Below are positions 9,663 through 20,845 of a DNA stretch of 63,137 bases, one piece after another. The position numbers were made by a program, and so were the translations under genes. Each line of letters starts with the position of its first letter. Within the stretch, counting starts at the first letter, position 1. The stretch comes from Promethearchaeota archaeon (GTDB lineage: Archaea; Asgardarchaeota; Lokiarchaeia; Sigyniarchaeales; SOKP01), in the NCBI GenBank assembly GCA_019894975.1, contig JAGXNO010000019.1, forward strand, positions 1 to 63,137, in the 5' to 3' direction. The notes beneath the pieces are model-generated. The model worked only from the letters and a program-made list of their open reading frames with translations. It was not told the origin of the DNA and searched no databases.

Positions 9663-11378
9663 TTAGATTACAAACCAGTAGTAAAAGCAAACTGCTCCAA
9701 GAATAAATGCTAATGCTGCCCAGAAATATCTGAAATGTTTGGCATAATTTCTGTGTCTGCGACCTTGTTCAGTTTCGATGGTATCAACTTGAATATATGG
9801 GATAGGTCCTCTTCTAAACCATCCTTTGATTCTAACTTTCTGCCCTACTATTCTTCTTACAGTCCTAAGAGAGAATATCATATCTACGATGCGAATACCA
9901 AACCTATAATCAACATATAGCAAGCCTGTATCGTCTTTGAAATACATATCGTCACTAAGAATATACCCCGCAATTCCTTTTCCTATAATTTCTCCCTCTA
10001 TGATAGCTGGTACTGACCTCATTGGACTTGCTTTTACATTCGTGACAAGATCAACAACTCGTTTTGCTTCAAAACCACTCCTATACATGTATTTCGTTTT
10101 GATTAGTGAACCAAAACCAATTAAATAGAATCCTGCTGCCCACATTAGTAGCATAAATTGGGGTGTCAAAAAGGATACAGTAATGATTTCAAAAAGAGTT
10201 AAGATCCAGACAGTTGTGAATCCAAGGAGTATAAGAAAGATAAGAGTAGGAAGTGTTTTCATAAATATATCCCAGAGGAACTCGTCCCATAGTGTTTTTC
10301 CAGCTTGTTGCTCTTTTAGTTCTTTCGCTCTTGAGAAATCAATTTCCGGCTTTTTACCATAAAATTCACACTGTTCATTTAAGCGTTGTATTCTTCTTGC
10401 GGGTAATGGATGAGTTGAAAACATTTGAAAGTATTTTGCCCAAGGGTTATATAAATCCCATGCAGCAGCTAATTCAATTGCATCCATAGATTGCACAGTT
10501 GTAGTGCTTAAGGTTGTACTACTTAAACCGATTATACCTAAACCCTTTGCGGTTTTTGGATCAAATATTCCTAATCCCCTAAGTGCTCGAGCTTTTGATT
10601 TGTTCCTTTCTTTAACATCACCTTGAGCTAATAAACCGTATGCAATTTTGACTAAACCAGTTGATAACGCATTAGGATCTTCCAATACTTCTGCACTATG
10701 CTGATCTGCATAATACTCACGAACTCTACTTACAATAAGCGATATCAAATAACCCACGTAGTAACTAATGTATGACAATACTAAGACTACAACTAACAAA
10801 AGTGCTAAAGCGTTGCCTTTATCATCACTTGAACGTCTTCTTCCTGAGAACCACATAGTATAACGAGCCCAATTTGCAATTGCTAAAAATACCATAGGGA
10901 TAGCAAAAACTATCGTCATAATTATGAAGTCTGAATGCACCACATGACCTAATTCATGTGCAAATACCGCATTTTGTTCTTTTTTATTTAGGAATTCTAA
11001 TATTCCATCGCTCATTACGACTCTAGCTGAATTTTTAGACCATCCAAAAGTAAACGCATTAGGGGCTCGATCATGGATAATCCCAAGTCGAGGTATCTTT
11101 ATCCCATTATAAGCGACTACTTTATCAAGGGAATCAGCTAAATGTGGGTATCGGGCTGCAAATTCCTCATAAGGAATCCAATCAATTCTGTACATCCACC
11201 CTACAAACAAAGGAGATATCCCGTATTGAACCAGTATCATAACTAATGTGAGTGCAATCATAAATATTAAGCCGAATAAGTTAGAGGGTAAAAACCATAC
11301 ACCAATTGCGAAGACAATTGCGTAAAGAAGTGCAAATAAGGCAGTTATAGCCAATCCTGAAGCTAATTTTAATCCTAT
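9663..11378 (-). CDS. htpX: HtpX/M48 membrane zinc metalloprotease with C-terminal OB-fold-like extension
   Basis: PNAFTFG, HELGH, SRVREYYAD, FSTHP; frame is open upstream of TTG 11354 to ATA 11378, preceded by AGGTGA. Confidence 0.9.
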   Translation of the reverse strand: MGLKLASGLAITALFALLYAIVFAIGVWFLPSNLFGLIFMIALTLVMILVQYGISPLFVGWMYRIDWIPYEEFAARYPHLADSLDKVVAYNGIKIPRLGIIHDRAPNAFTFGWSKNSARVVMSDGILEFLNKKEQNAVFAHELGHVVHSDFIIMTIVFAIPMVFLAIANWARYTMWFSGRRRSSDDKGNALALLLVVVLVLSYISYYVGYLISLIVSRVREYYADQHSAEVLEDPNALSTGLVKIAYGLLAQGDVKERNKSKARALRGLGIFDPKTAKGLGIIGLSSTTLSTTTVQSMDAIELAAAWDLYNPWAKYFQMFSTHPLPARRIQRLNEQCEFYGKKPEIDFSRAKELKEQQAGKTLWDEFLWDIFMKTLPTLIFLILLGFTTVWILTLFEIITVSFLTPQFMLLMWAAGFYLIGFGSLIKTKYMYRSGFEAKRVVDLVTNVKASPMRSVPAIIEGEIIGKGIAGYILSDDMYFKDDTGLLYVDYRFGIRIVDMIFSLRTVRRIVGQKVRIKGWFRRGPIPYIQVDTIETEQGRRHRNYAKHFRYFWAALAFILGAVCFYYWFVI

Positions 11379-11534
11379 TATATTTCACCTATAATTAGTA
11401 AAATCTCTTAATTTTTTTAGTATAAATTTCCCTAATTTATTATTAAATAGGGATCTATGTATTATAGAAAAACCAAATTAATATTCTTTTAGGTTTAATA
11501 CAAAAAAAGTCTAATTATTAAGGAGAATTAAGAC

Positions 11535-12392
11535 TTAAGAAGATTTTTCGTGTTCCTTGTCTTTTTTATGCTTTTTTGATTTCTTTTCTTTAATTTCTTT
11601 TTCATGAGTTTCTTCTTCAGGTCCAACATCTTTTAAATCAGATTCTTCAGATTCTACTTCTTCAGCCACTTCTTCAACTACTTCTTCCTTGGGTTCTGGT
11701 TCAGGGGGTTTAGGTTTTCGTGAAACTATTACTTTAGTATAGCGAATAACCTCCTTACCATATTTAAAACCGTCTTGAACAATTTCTATTATGCTATTCT
11801 CTGGTATTTCTTCTTTTTCGACTGATGTTAACGCCTCATGGAGACCATAATCGAAAGGATCATTGATTTTTACTTCAATTGGTTCAGCACCATAAGACTT
11901 GAAGATACTCATAAATTGGGTGTAAAACCCACTGAGAATACTTTTTTCTGTTTCATTTGCAGTCTCCATTGCTTTCTTAAACGAGTCATATAATGGTAAG
12001 AAATTCTTTAGAACTGAGGCAGTATATTGAGTTCTTAGGTCTTGTCGAGATTTATTCCAGCGCTTCTGAGCATTTTCAAATTCAGCTTGTAAGTGCATGT
12101 ATTTTCTCTTGGCCTCATCGTTTTCCTTTTGTAAATTTTGAGCTTTATCTTTAATTTCTATAAGTTCTTTTTCTAAGTTCTTAATATCTTCAAGACACTT
12201 TTCTTTAGAAAAATATTCTAACTCATGATGCTCTTTTTCTTCCAATCGCTTAATTTCTTCTGGTTTTTGTTCAATTTTTAAATTACTCTTATCTTCATGT
12301 TTTTCAGATTGATTTACTACTTTACTTTCAGAAGCGCGATTATTTCCATTCTCGGCCGTTTCACTTGAACTATTTTTATTCTCTTCTGTCAT
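11535..12392 (-). CDS. grpE: Nucleotide exchange factor GrpE with long charged termini
   Basis: LQAEFENAQKR, FLPLYDSF, FDYGLHEAL, QDGFKYGKEVIRYTKVIV; divergent from dnaK. Confidence 0.92.
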   Translation of the reverse strand: MTEENKNSSSETAENGNNRASESKVVNQSEKHEDKSNLKIEQKPEEIKRLEEKEHHELEYFSKEKCLEDIKNLEKELIEIKDKAQNLQKENDEAKRKYMHLQAEFENAQKRWNKSRQDLRTQYTASVLKNFLPLYDSFKKAMETANETEKSILSGFYTQFMSIFKSYGAEPIEVKINDPFDYGLHEALTSVEKEEIPENSIIEIVQDGFKYGKEVIRYTKVIVSRKPKPPEPEPKEEVVEEVAEEVESEESDLKDVGPEEETHEKEIKEKKSKKHKKDKEHEKSS

Positions 12393-12618
12393 TCTAGTTC
12401 CTTCAGAATTATACCTGTATTATATGATTAAAAATTGATTTTATTTTTTATTTTTTATGATATTGGGACTTTATAAATAAAATTTTTAATTCTTATTTAA
12501 TTAATATTTAATTAACAATAGTAGATTTACAAATTTATAAACATTAAATTATTAAATATTCGAAAACCATTGAAATTTAGTAATACTCATAATTCGAAGT
12601 ATAAAAGATGAGTGCAAT

Positions 12619-14637
12619 ATGAGTGAAGAAGAAAAAAAAGAAGAACCTAAAAAAACTACTCACAAAGAAAAAATCGTTGGAATAGACTTAGGGACATCTA
12701 ATAGCGCTTGTGCCGTTTTAAGTGCTACAGGACAACCAGAAATAATTCCTGCCGCTGAAGGTCGTACATTAGGAGGTAAAGCTTTTCCTTCATATGTTGC
12801 GTTTGATGATAGTGGCCGCAAGATTGTAGGTGAACCCGCACGAAGACAGGCTGTAAGTAATCCCGATGGGACTATAACCGCTATAAAACGAAAAATGGGA
12901 ACGTCTTATAAAGCAAAATTAAAAGTAGGGGATAAAACTCAAGAATTTTCACCTGAAGAAATTTCTGCAATGATTCTCAAGAAAATTAAGACTGATGCTT
13001 CCGCCTATTTGGGTGAGGAAGTAAAGAAAGCAGTCATCACTGTACCTGCTTATTTTAATGATGCCCAACGAACTGCGACTAAAAATGCCGGGGAAATCGC
13101 TGGATTAGAAGTTGTGCGTATGATTAATGAACCAACCGCAGCGTGCTTGGCTTATGGTCTTGATAAAGATACCAAGGATAAACTCTTCAAGATTTGTGTT
13201 CTGGACCTTGGAGGCGGTACATTCGATATCACAATCATGGAATACGGTTCTGGGGTCGTGGAAGTTATGTCAACAGCAGGGGACACTCAATTGGGAGGTA
13301 CTGACATGGATAATGCTATTATCGATTGGGTCACTGAAGAATTTAAAAATAAAGAGGGAATTGATTTAAAAGGTGATAGTAAAGCGTGGATACGAATTAA
13401 AGACGCAGGTGAAAAGGCAAAAATTGAGTTATCAACAACTTTAACAACTACACTAAATCTACCTTACTTATCACAAAAAGAAGGTAACCCAGTACATTTA
13501 ACCATGGAACTTAGCAGAGCGAAATTAGAATCCTTAATTGAGCCTACGCTTAAAAGACTTGATCCAATAATGCGAAGAGCTGTATCTGATGCAAAAATTT
13601 CTGTAAATGAAGTAGATAAAATAATTCTAGTCGGTGGTCCTACTCGAATGCCTTCTGTCCAGGAAAGATTTAAGAAATTCTTTGGAAGAGAACCAGAACA
13701 CTCAGTTGATCCGATGGAATGTGTGGCAATAGGAGCAGCCATTCAAGGAGGTATTATTGCGGGAGATGTAGAAGACCTGCTATTATTAGATGTTACTCCA
13801 TTATCATTAGGGGTTGAGACCCTAGGGGGAGTTTTTACTAAGTTAATAGAAAGAAATGCTACAATTCCAACGGAAAAAAGCCAAGTTTTTAGCACAGCAG
13901 CAGATAATCAACCTGCAGTGACAATAAACGTTTTGCAAGGAGAACGAGCAATGGCTAAAGATAATATCCCGTTAGGGATGTTTCATTTGACAGGAATTCC
14001 ACCTGCTCCTCGAGGTATTCCACAAATCGAGGTAAAATTTTCTATTGATGCGGATGGAATAGTTCATGTCAATGCGAAAGATCTTGGTACAGGGAAAGAG
14101 ACAGGAATTACAGTAACCGGAGCTCAAGGATTAACCCCTGAAGAAATACAAGAAAAAGTTCAAACAGCTTCACAATTTGAAGAAGAAGACCAGAAAGTAA
14201 AAGAACTAGTTGAAGCAAAGAATACAGCCGACTCCATGATTTATCAAACTCGCAAATTAATAGAAGATAATAAAGATAAAATTCAGGATAACGAAAAGCA
14301 GGAAATTGAAACCGCAATTGGAGCATTAGAAGAAGATGTCAAATCTGAGGATACCGGTCGAATTAAAATGGGAATTGAAAATCTACAGAAATCAATGTAT
14401 AGCTTTTCTGAAAGAATTTATCAGACACAATCTCAAGACCAAGTGTACCAACAAGCCGCTGATCAGGCTCAGAGAGCCGCTGGGGGTATGGCTGGTGCTC
14501 CATCAGGTGGTATGGGGACGCCTCCTCCAGGAGGTATGGGTGGAGCGACAGGAGATGGTGGTGCTACCTACAAGAAAGAAAAAGAAGACGAAGAAAAGAA
14601 GAAGAAAGTCGTAGACGTTGATTGGGATGAGGATTGA
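12619..14637 (+). CDS. dnaK: Hsp70 chaperone DnaK
   Basis: [40 protein letters not shown]. Confidence 0.98.
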   Translation: MSEEEKKEEPKKTTHKEKIVGIDLGTSNSACAVLSATGQPEIIPAAEGRTLGGKAFPSYVAFDDSGRKIVGEPARRQAVSNPDGTITAIKRKMGTSYKAKLKVGDKTQEFSPEEISAMILKKIKTDASAYLGEEVKKAVITVPAYFNDAQRTATKNAGEIAGLEVVRMINEPTAACLAYGLDKDTKDKLFKICVLDLGGGTFDITIMEYGSGVVEVMSTAGDTQLGGTDMDNAIIDWVTEEFKNKEGIDLKGDSKAWIRIKDAGEKAKIELSTTLTTTLNLPYLSQKEGNPVHLTMELSRAKLESLIEPTLKRLDPIMRRAVSDAKISVNEVDKIILVGGPTRMPSVQERFKKFFGREPEHSVDPMECVAIGAAIQGGIIAGDVEDLLLLDVTPLSLGVETLGGVFTKLIERNATIPTEKSQVFSTAADNQPAVTINVLQGERAMAKDNIPLGMFHLTGIPPAPRGIPQIEVKFSIDADGIVHVNAKDLGTGKETGITVTGAQGLTPEEIQEKVQTASQFEEEDQKVKELVEAKNTADSMIYQTRKLIEDNKDKIQDNEKQEIETAIGALEEDVKSEDTGRIKMGIENLQKSMYSFSERIYQTQSQDQVYQQAADQAQRAAGGMAGAPSGGMGTPPPGGMGGATGDGGATYKKEKEDEEKKKKVVDVDWDED

Positions 14638-14755
14638 ATCTATTCCATCTATTTGGGCGATCTCCGCGAATCTGTCTTTAAAGCAATTATTTTTTTACAT
14701 TTTTTATACTTTCTAAGATAAGTTATCCATTGAATTTTCAAATAATGGTGTTTAG

Positions 14756-15364
14756 TTATTTTTCCCTTTTTTTATTATATGCGGGAAAATCAAGTTGATC
14801 TATATCATAAACATCAAAATATTTTAAAGATTTAAGTTTGAAAATTAATTTTGGTGTTGAATCAAAACAATTCCCGCGTAGATATAATTTTTGTAGTTTT
14901 TGTAAATTTTCAAAGGATTTAGGAAGAGTTGTTAAATTACACCCACTCAAGTCTAATACCTTTAGATTTTTTAAGTTTCCGAAAGATGTAGGTAGAAAGT
15001 CTATACCACCTCCACTTAAATCTAACGTCCTTAAATGTTTTAAATTTCCAATAGATTCAGGAAGGTAGGGTAATTTCACTCCGGAAATCCATATTTTTTC
15101 TAAATGATTGTGTTGAACTCTATAAGCATTAAAAATTTCTTCATGATATCCAAAGTCAATTATCAATTGTTCTGATATAATATTTTGCATATCAAGTAAA
15201 GCTTTAGCCTCCAATGGAGGAAGCGTTTCTTGAAAAAATTCAAAAATTCTTTTATCCAGTTTCTCCCCAAATCCATGATATTCATATGATTTTTTTTGAA
15301 GACTTTTGCAGATATTCTTAAAAATGTTAAGTTTTTGATTCCTTAATAAGCTATAAAAATCTGC
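14756..15364 (-). pseudogene. Leucine-rich-repeat protein, probably 5'-truncated
   Basis: LRRs LPESIGNLKHLRTLDLSG etc.; frame stays open ~60 codons upstream of TTG 15214 without ATG and runs into the glycyl-radical enzyme fragment. Confidence 0.65.
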
Positions 15365-15497
15365 GGGTAACTGTTGGCTCTCCTTCGGTTTCTTTCATTA
15401 TTCTAGTTTCAATACGTGCCCTTTCAATCGAAGCAGTTGGTTTAAGGTGGAGAAATTCTTCTCTAAGTCGTTCAACCCTAGATGATGATTCATTCAT
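15351..15497 (-). pseudogene. N-terminal fragment of a glycyl-radical enzyme (PFL2/PflD family)
   Basis: MNESSSRVERLREEFLHLKPTASIERARIETRIMKETEGEPTVTRR matches the family N-terminal pattern RxxxLK...ERAR..T...KETEGEP...RR, then stops. Confidence 0.75.
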
Positions 15498-15657
15498 GAA
15501 AACCTTATTTATTGCTTGAACCATTAAAAACCCATCATAGAATATAGCAGAAGTTAAATTATTGTTAATATATAATAAGGACTATTTAAAACTTATTATT
15601 TGCTTCTATTAGTTCCTGTCGGGGTTTAAATTAACAAAATATGAGAAAAAAAGAATT

Positions 15658-16425
15658 TTAGTTGTTTTGAATCTTGTTTCTTAGTTTGACTAAGCGATCG
15701 GGAAAATTTGACATCACAGCATCTACGTATTGACCTTTATAATTCATATTTAAAAATTTTTCTATCGATCTATTAAAGAGTAATCCCCACACACAGAATT
15801 TAAAGCCGTTGTCTTTTACTAATTTAAATAATTCAAAAGTAGCAAAATTATACTTCACATTAATCCCTTGGATATTTAGATCTCTCATACTCTCCAATTC
15901 GAGATGTTCCTCCTCATTATTTGCATACTTTAGAAATATAGTATTAATCAAGGTTACGTTTTTATCGAATTCTCTAATTTTACCGAAGATATCAGGTAGG
16001 AGGGAACCATCCATTGCCGTTTTCGCTAGCTCAATTTTATCAATTACTTTAAATTTTCTCGCAATTTCAATTATTTTTATGCCAATTTCAGGGTCTCGTA
16101 AATCAAAATTATAGCGAATATTCTGATTTTTAAATTCACTGAATAATTCAGGAAGAGTTAGAATTGATTCATTATTATCTAATCTTAGAGTTCTGATCTC
16201 GCTACTATCTAACTCATTAATGGGTACATATCCTCCATTTTTTCTTAGTTTTTGCTGAAAGCATAAAAATATTTCACCATCTTTAGACAATTGTGCTTCG
16301 GTTTTAATACCATCAACCCCCATATCAATTGCTTTTCTAAATGAGGACATGGAATTTTCGATATCTCTAAAACCCGCTCCTCTATGGCCCCACACAAAAG
16401 TTTTATTCATTGTACACCACCTCAA
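15658..16425 (-). CDS. Glycerophosphodiester phosphodiesterase family protein
   Basis: WGHRGA, ENSMSSF, LSKDG, C-terminal VDAVMSNFPD. Confidence 0.85.
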   Translation of the reverse strand: MRWCTMNKTFVWGHRGAGFRDIENSMSSFRKAIDMGVDGIKTEAQLSKDGEIFLCFQQKLRKNGGYVPINELDSSEIRTLRLDNNESILTLPELFSEFKNQNIRYNFDLRDPEIGIKIIEIARKFKVIDKIELAKTAMDGSLLPDIFGKIREFDKNVTLINTIFLKYANNEEEHLELESMRDLNIQGINVKYNFATFELFKLVKDNGFKFCVWGLLFNRSIEKFLNMNYKGQYVDAVMSNFPDRLVKLRNKIQNN

Positions 16426-16942
16426 CTTCTTGATTAATTTCTAAAATTAGTTCAAGTAAATCAATATATACAACAAAATATTGAAGATCTCCTTCGACTT
16501 TTAGATTTCCCTTGAAGAATTCACTATAACTATCTCTTCTTCCAGCAAGGATATCACTCCATACTTCCTGAGAGCATTTAATGTCAATAGTTGCATTATT
16601 ATTCTCACCTTTTCCAACTATAAATTTACCGTTCCCAAATTCTACCCAATAAGTAAAATCTGGATTTTCTAATCTAGTCTGAACAACGTTCGTTTTCAAC
16701 TCATCTAATTCTTGACGAAGTTCTAGATTTTCTTCCGATAAGCGCTCAAATCCATGAAAAACTTCTAGGATGCTACTATTGATACAACAATTTTCACAGA
16801 GAAAATTATCAAACGATACAACTCCGCATCTACCCATATCACATTCCCATTTATTAGTTTCACTGTTTACTGAAATATTTTGTCCACATTGTAGTGGTAC
16901 AGTCTCTATTTTTTTGCCACAATTTGTACATACTAAGCTCAT
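16403..16942 (-). CDS. SCP2 sterol/lipid-binding domain protein with Cys-rich N-terminus
   Basis: C-terminal FFKGNLKVEGDL typical of SCP2; N-terminal CTNC...CENCC. Confidence 0.75.
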   Translation of the reverse strand: MSLVCTNCGKKIETVPLQCGQNISVNSETNKWECDMGRCGVVSFDNFLCENCCINSSILEVFHGFERLSEENLELRQELDELKTNVVQTRLENPDFTYWVEFGNGKFIVGKGENNNATIDIKCSQEVWSDILAGRRDSYSEFFKGNLKVEGDLQYFVVYIDLLELILEINQEVEVVYNE

Positions 16943-17184
16943 TTAATATTCACCTTTAATTATCTTTTATTCACTAACTATAAGGTAAAATTGAACTACA
17001 GTTCTTAAACGTCTTTACTATATTCTATTTAAATAAATTCAGAATAGTAGATTTGAGAAAGGTTAAATTAGAAAAATTTTAATAAGTTATTAATATATTT
17101 TGAGATCTCTTGCCTAAACGAATTGATTTGAGTAAATCTTAAGAAGTATTTATTTGTAGATTGAATTATATAAAAAAAAAGAAT

Positions 17185-20100
17185 TTAGGAATTTTGAAAT
17201 TTGGTTTTATTTCTTACCATCTTTTTTGCTATAATCACAGAGCAAAGACATATTATTCCATAAAAAATACCTACACCATATCCGGGAATTGCACCTGAGC
17301 CCCTAGGTGATTCTTTTGATATTGTTATATCAGTATAACCGATATTACCAGCTTTATCTTTTGCATAGAATCGGATGGATACACATCCATCGGGGATCTG
17401 CCCCCATAATAGACTATCTATTGTTCCGACTAATTCAGTTAGAGTGTTATTGTTTAGCCCACCATCAAAAGTAAACCAAATCGATTCGATACCGCTAAAT
17501 TCCTCAATTGAAATATTATAATTAGGAGGAATCTTGAAGGTTTCATCTGGAGATGGATCAAAGACTGTAAGAATTGGAGCGATAATATCTTTTCTGATTA
17601 TAATTTCAGCATAGTTTTCGTAACCCCCTGAATCAATTGCATAAATCCTTACTTCAGCTGTTCCGTTACCAATTTTATTCCATTCTGCTTGATCAATAAG
17701 CAAAAATTGATTTGTGAACGTAACGTTTGTTATACCATCGTCTAGTGTATACCACATATTATATAAATTTGACTCTATTATCGATATATTAAGTGTTGGC
17801 GCAGATTTTCCAAATAAACTGTAATTGACAGGAGTGCTAATTTGAATATCTGGAAGCATAGTGTCTACAGAAAAGTATGTATTTTCAGATTGAATAACTT
17901 CTCCCGAAAAATCTTGATATTTGACCTGAATGAAATGATGCCCGTCAGGCAACATTGGAATTGTTGTATTTCCTAGAATATTTTTGCTATCTATACCATT
18001 AATGGTATAATTAATCCATTTGTGGGGAATATTTTTATAAAAGCTTAATAATAGTCCCTCGTTCAAGTTATCTCCAATACTATAATCAGAATCCCAAGAG
18101 AGACCAATTCCATCAATATAGTATTTATAGCCTGACATTAAATGCAAATGATCATTGTACCAGACAAGTCTGCTCGCCGTGTTTCGATTATTTATAAAAG
18201 AGTAGTCTCCATACTGAACACCATCAACAAAAGTTCTCCAAGAATACTGTGAAAGCCCTTGATAAGCTCCCGTTGTACACTCAAAATCCACTCTAATATG
18301 ATACCAGGTATTATCCAAAACAATTTTGATATTTTTCCAGTCAGTTCCGTTATAATATTGCAAAAAGTTAAAAAAGGTACGTAAATTAACCATCTCGTTC
18401 AATTGTGACCCTTGATCAATTCTAAAGCCACATAGTTTTCCAGCATTATCAGTCCTCATCCAATATTCAATAGAACCATATGAGGGTGTTGTGGTAAGGT
18501 TTTTTCGGACGTGGGAGTTTAAAATTCCTGAGGAAGCATCTGAGATCTCCATAACTTTATTATGATCCCCAAGCTCTTCAATTACTTTAACTGTTCCTCC
18601 TTCTGTACCAATATCTTCAAACCAAATTGGTTTAATTCCTATTATATCATTTTCAAATCCACAAGTTGCGGGATAATACCCCTTCATAGGTCCATAAAAT
18701 GTTTGGTTTTGAGGATTGATCAGCTTAATTTCTGCTTTTGGATAAAATTTAAGATCAGTGAGTATGTCTGTTAAAAGATATGGTATACCTCCCAATAATT
18801 TATGCGTTGAGGGAAAATAGAATCGATTTTTTGCTCCAGTTAAAGGTGTGGAATGTGTGGTTGAGAAACCGTCATAGTATATTCCAATTATACCGCGAAT
18901 TTTATCTATAAGTTGTTTTATTTCATCAATGTATTCACTATAGTTAAGCATAATAATTTCATAAATATCATCTATACTCATTGTGAAATTATCAAGAACA
19001 GTTATTCCAGAGTAAGTAGAATATATAATTTCATAAGGAGTTTCATCCCCAGAGTTTAGATCCATCATAAAATCACTTAAGGGGTACATCTGGAAATTCG
19101 TTTGTTGCCATTCTTCTTTTGTGATTGTGAAATCATTATTTATAACTGCTTTAACCATAAACCACAAACCATGATTAGGGGTTCCTGATATCGCCACGTG
19201 GTTAATGATAATTCCCGTATTCAATAAATCACCATAAAATTCCTTAATCATTGAACGGGCTACTAAACCTCCAAAAGAATAAGCCCATATGTCTAATCTA
19301 TCTTTTATCATACCCTCAGAGTACAAATTTAGTATATAATTTTTCACAGCATTTGCTAACTCTTTTGTAGAAGAATTTTCATCTAATCCATCAAATTCCG
19401 TTCGATTAGTATGAGCATCATAAAAATTTACCATTTTAATGTTAGTAATTCCATAGTAATCTCTAAAATCACTTACACCATTTTGATTATTATCTATCAA
19501 ATTTGCTTGTACTAATGCATACATTCCATGTGCACGACCATCCCATGGTGCAAATAGAAGTAATGTTGGATTATTTACTTGAAAATTGATTACATTTGAC
19601 TCATAAACATTCGTTCCGGAATCTTCTCCAGAAATTTGGATATTGTGGAACCCATTTCCAGGTTTTGGTATAGTGGTATTTCCCATAATAGTAATATTTG
19701 CATTTCCGTCTAGTGAATATCCAATCCAAGTTAAATTCGAAGGAGCTTGAAAATTCAACAATAACCCTTGGTTCCGATTATCAGCAACATTATACAGATC
19801 TGTCCAAGAAAATCCTATGGCATCAAGAAAATAGCTATAATTGGATACATTAAATAGCCAATCGGTATACCAATTAATTCGATGAGCAAAAGCTTTAGTA
19901 TTAACAAATGGAAAGGGACCTAAACTAATACCACCATCTAAATACAATTTCCAAGTATGTTGGTCTAAGCCTGAATAATTACCAGTAGAACACTCAAAAT
20001 CAATCCGTATGTGATACCACTTATTGTTTTTTATACTAGGGATATGCCAATCTGTTCCATTCGAATGCCCAAAATTGAGCCAGTCTGTACCATTATATCT

Positions 20101-20613
20101 TTGTAATTCGTTATTATATGCTCTTATACCAATAAGCACTTCTGTAACAATACCCCCATTTAAAACAAATCCACAAACATTAGATGAATTATCAGTTCTC
20201 ATCCAATACTCAATCGAACCGTTCACGGGTAATGCAAAAAGATCTTTACCAACAAGAGCATTATCTGAATTATTTGTGTCATAGAGTTCCACAATATTGT
20301 AATGACCATCTAACTCTTCAAGAACTTGTACATCTCCACCAATAGTTTTCACTTCTTGAAACCAGGAAGGTTCACTCCCGATATCATCATTATCAAAACT
20401 ATTTGTTCCTGGATAATAACCATACATTGGTTTTTTATATATTTTATTCTCAGGTGTGAGTATGGTAATCTCTGATGCTGTTGTTTTCAATGATTTGTTA
20501 TCGATATCTTTATCAAAATTTAACTCATTCGAAAAATTAATCTTCACAAATGAGAAGATAAACAAAAATATCAAAAAAGAAATAAAACAACTTTTATTTT
20601 TATTAGATTTCAT
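17185..20613 (-). CDS. Large surface protein: signal/TM, lectin-like (LamG-like) domains, alpha/beta hydrolase, Ig-like repeats, IPGY-TM sorting tail
   Basis: N-terminal hydrophobic segment; two WYHIRxDF domains; nucleophile elbow AYSFGG with GTPNHG; WYTLD/WFTFD Ig repeats; AIPGY+TM+basic tail. Confidence 0.8.
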   Translation of the reverse strand: MKSNKNKSCFISFLIFLFIFSFVKINFSNELNFDKDIDNKSLKTTASEITILTPENKIYKKPMYGYYPGTNSFDNDDIGSEPSWFQEVKTIGGDVQVLEELDGHYNIVELYDTNNSDNALVGKDLFALPVNGSIEYWMRTDNSSNVCGFVLNGGIVTEVLIGIRAYNNELQRYNGTDWLNFGHSNGTDWHIPSIKNNKWYHIRIDFECSTGNYSGLDQHTWKLYLDGGISLGPFPFVNTKAFAHRINWYTDWLFNVSNYSYFLDAIGFSWTDLYNVADNRNQGLLLNFQAPSNLTWIGYSLDGNANITIMGNTTIPKPGNGFHNIQISGEDSGTNVYESNVINFQVNNPTLLLFAPWDGRAHGMYALVQANLIDNNQNGVSDFRDYYGITNIKMVNFYDAHTNRTEFDGLDENSSTKELANAVKNYILNLYSEGMIKDRLDIWAYSFGGLVARSMIKEFYGDLLNTGIIINHVAISGTPNHGLWFMVKAVINNDFTITKEEWQQTNFQMYPLSDFMMDLNSGDETPYEIIYSTYSGITVLDNFTMSIDDIYEIIMLNYSEYIDEIKQLIDKIRGIIGIYYDGFSTTHSTPLTGAKNRFYFPSTHKLLGGIPYLLTDILTDLKFYPKAEIKLINPQNQTFYGPMKGYYPATCGFENDIIGIKPIWFEDIGTEGGTVKVIEELGDHNKVMEISDASSGILNSHVRKNLTTTPSYGSIEYWMRTDNAGKLCGFRIDQGSQLNEMVNLRTFFNFLQYYNGTDWKNIKIVLDNTWYHIRVDFECTTGAYQGLSQYSWRTFVDGVQYGDYSFINNRNTASRLVWYNDHLHLMSGYKYYIDGIGLSWDSDYSIGDNLNEGLLLSFYKNIPHKWINYTINGIDSKNILGNTTIPMLPDGHHFIQVKYQDFSGEVIQSENTYFSVDTMLPDIQISTPVNYSLFGKSAPTLNISIIESNLYNMWYTLDDGITNVTFTNQFLLIDQAEWNKIGNGTAEVRIYAIDSGGYENYAEIIIRKDIIAPILTVFDPSPDETFKIPPNYNISIEEFSGIESIWFTFDGGLNNNTLTELVGTIDSLLWGQIPDGCVSIRFYAKDKAGNIGYTDITISKESPRGSGAIPGYGVGIFYGIICLCSVIIAKKMVRNKTKFQNS

Positions 20614-20845
20614 AGTTTCGCATTTCCTCTATATCTAAAAAATTGATATTTAGGATAGAAAAATGTTTTGTTTACTTAAAAAGTCCACATACAAAATTTT
20701 CAAAAAAATTACAATTGATGTAAGTATTGCCTTAAATGGCATTGAATCTGTCAAAATCGTATAATCTCTCTCCATCTACCAAGAAAAAATAAATTCAACA
20801 TATAAGAACCAAATGTAGTCAAAAATAAATATAAGAAAAAAAAGA

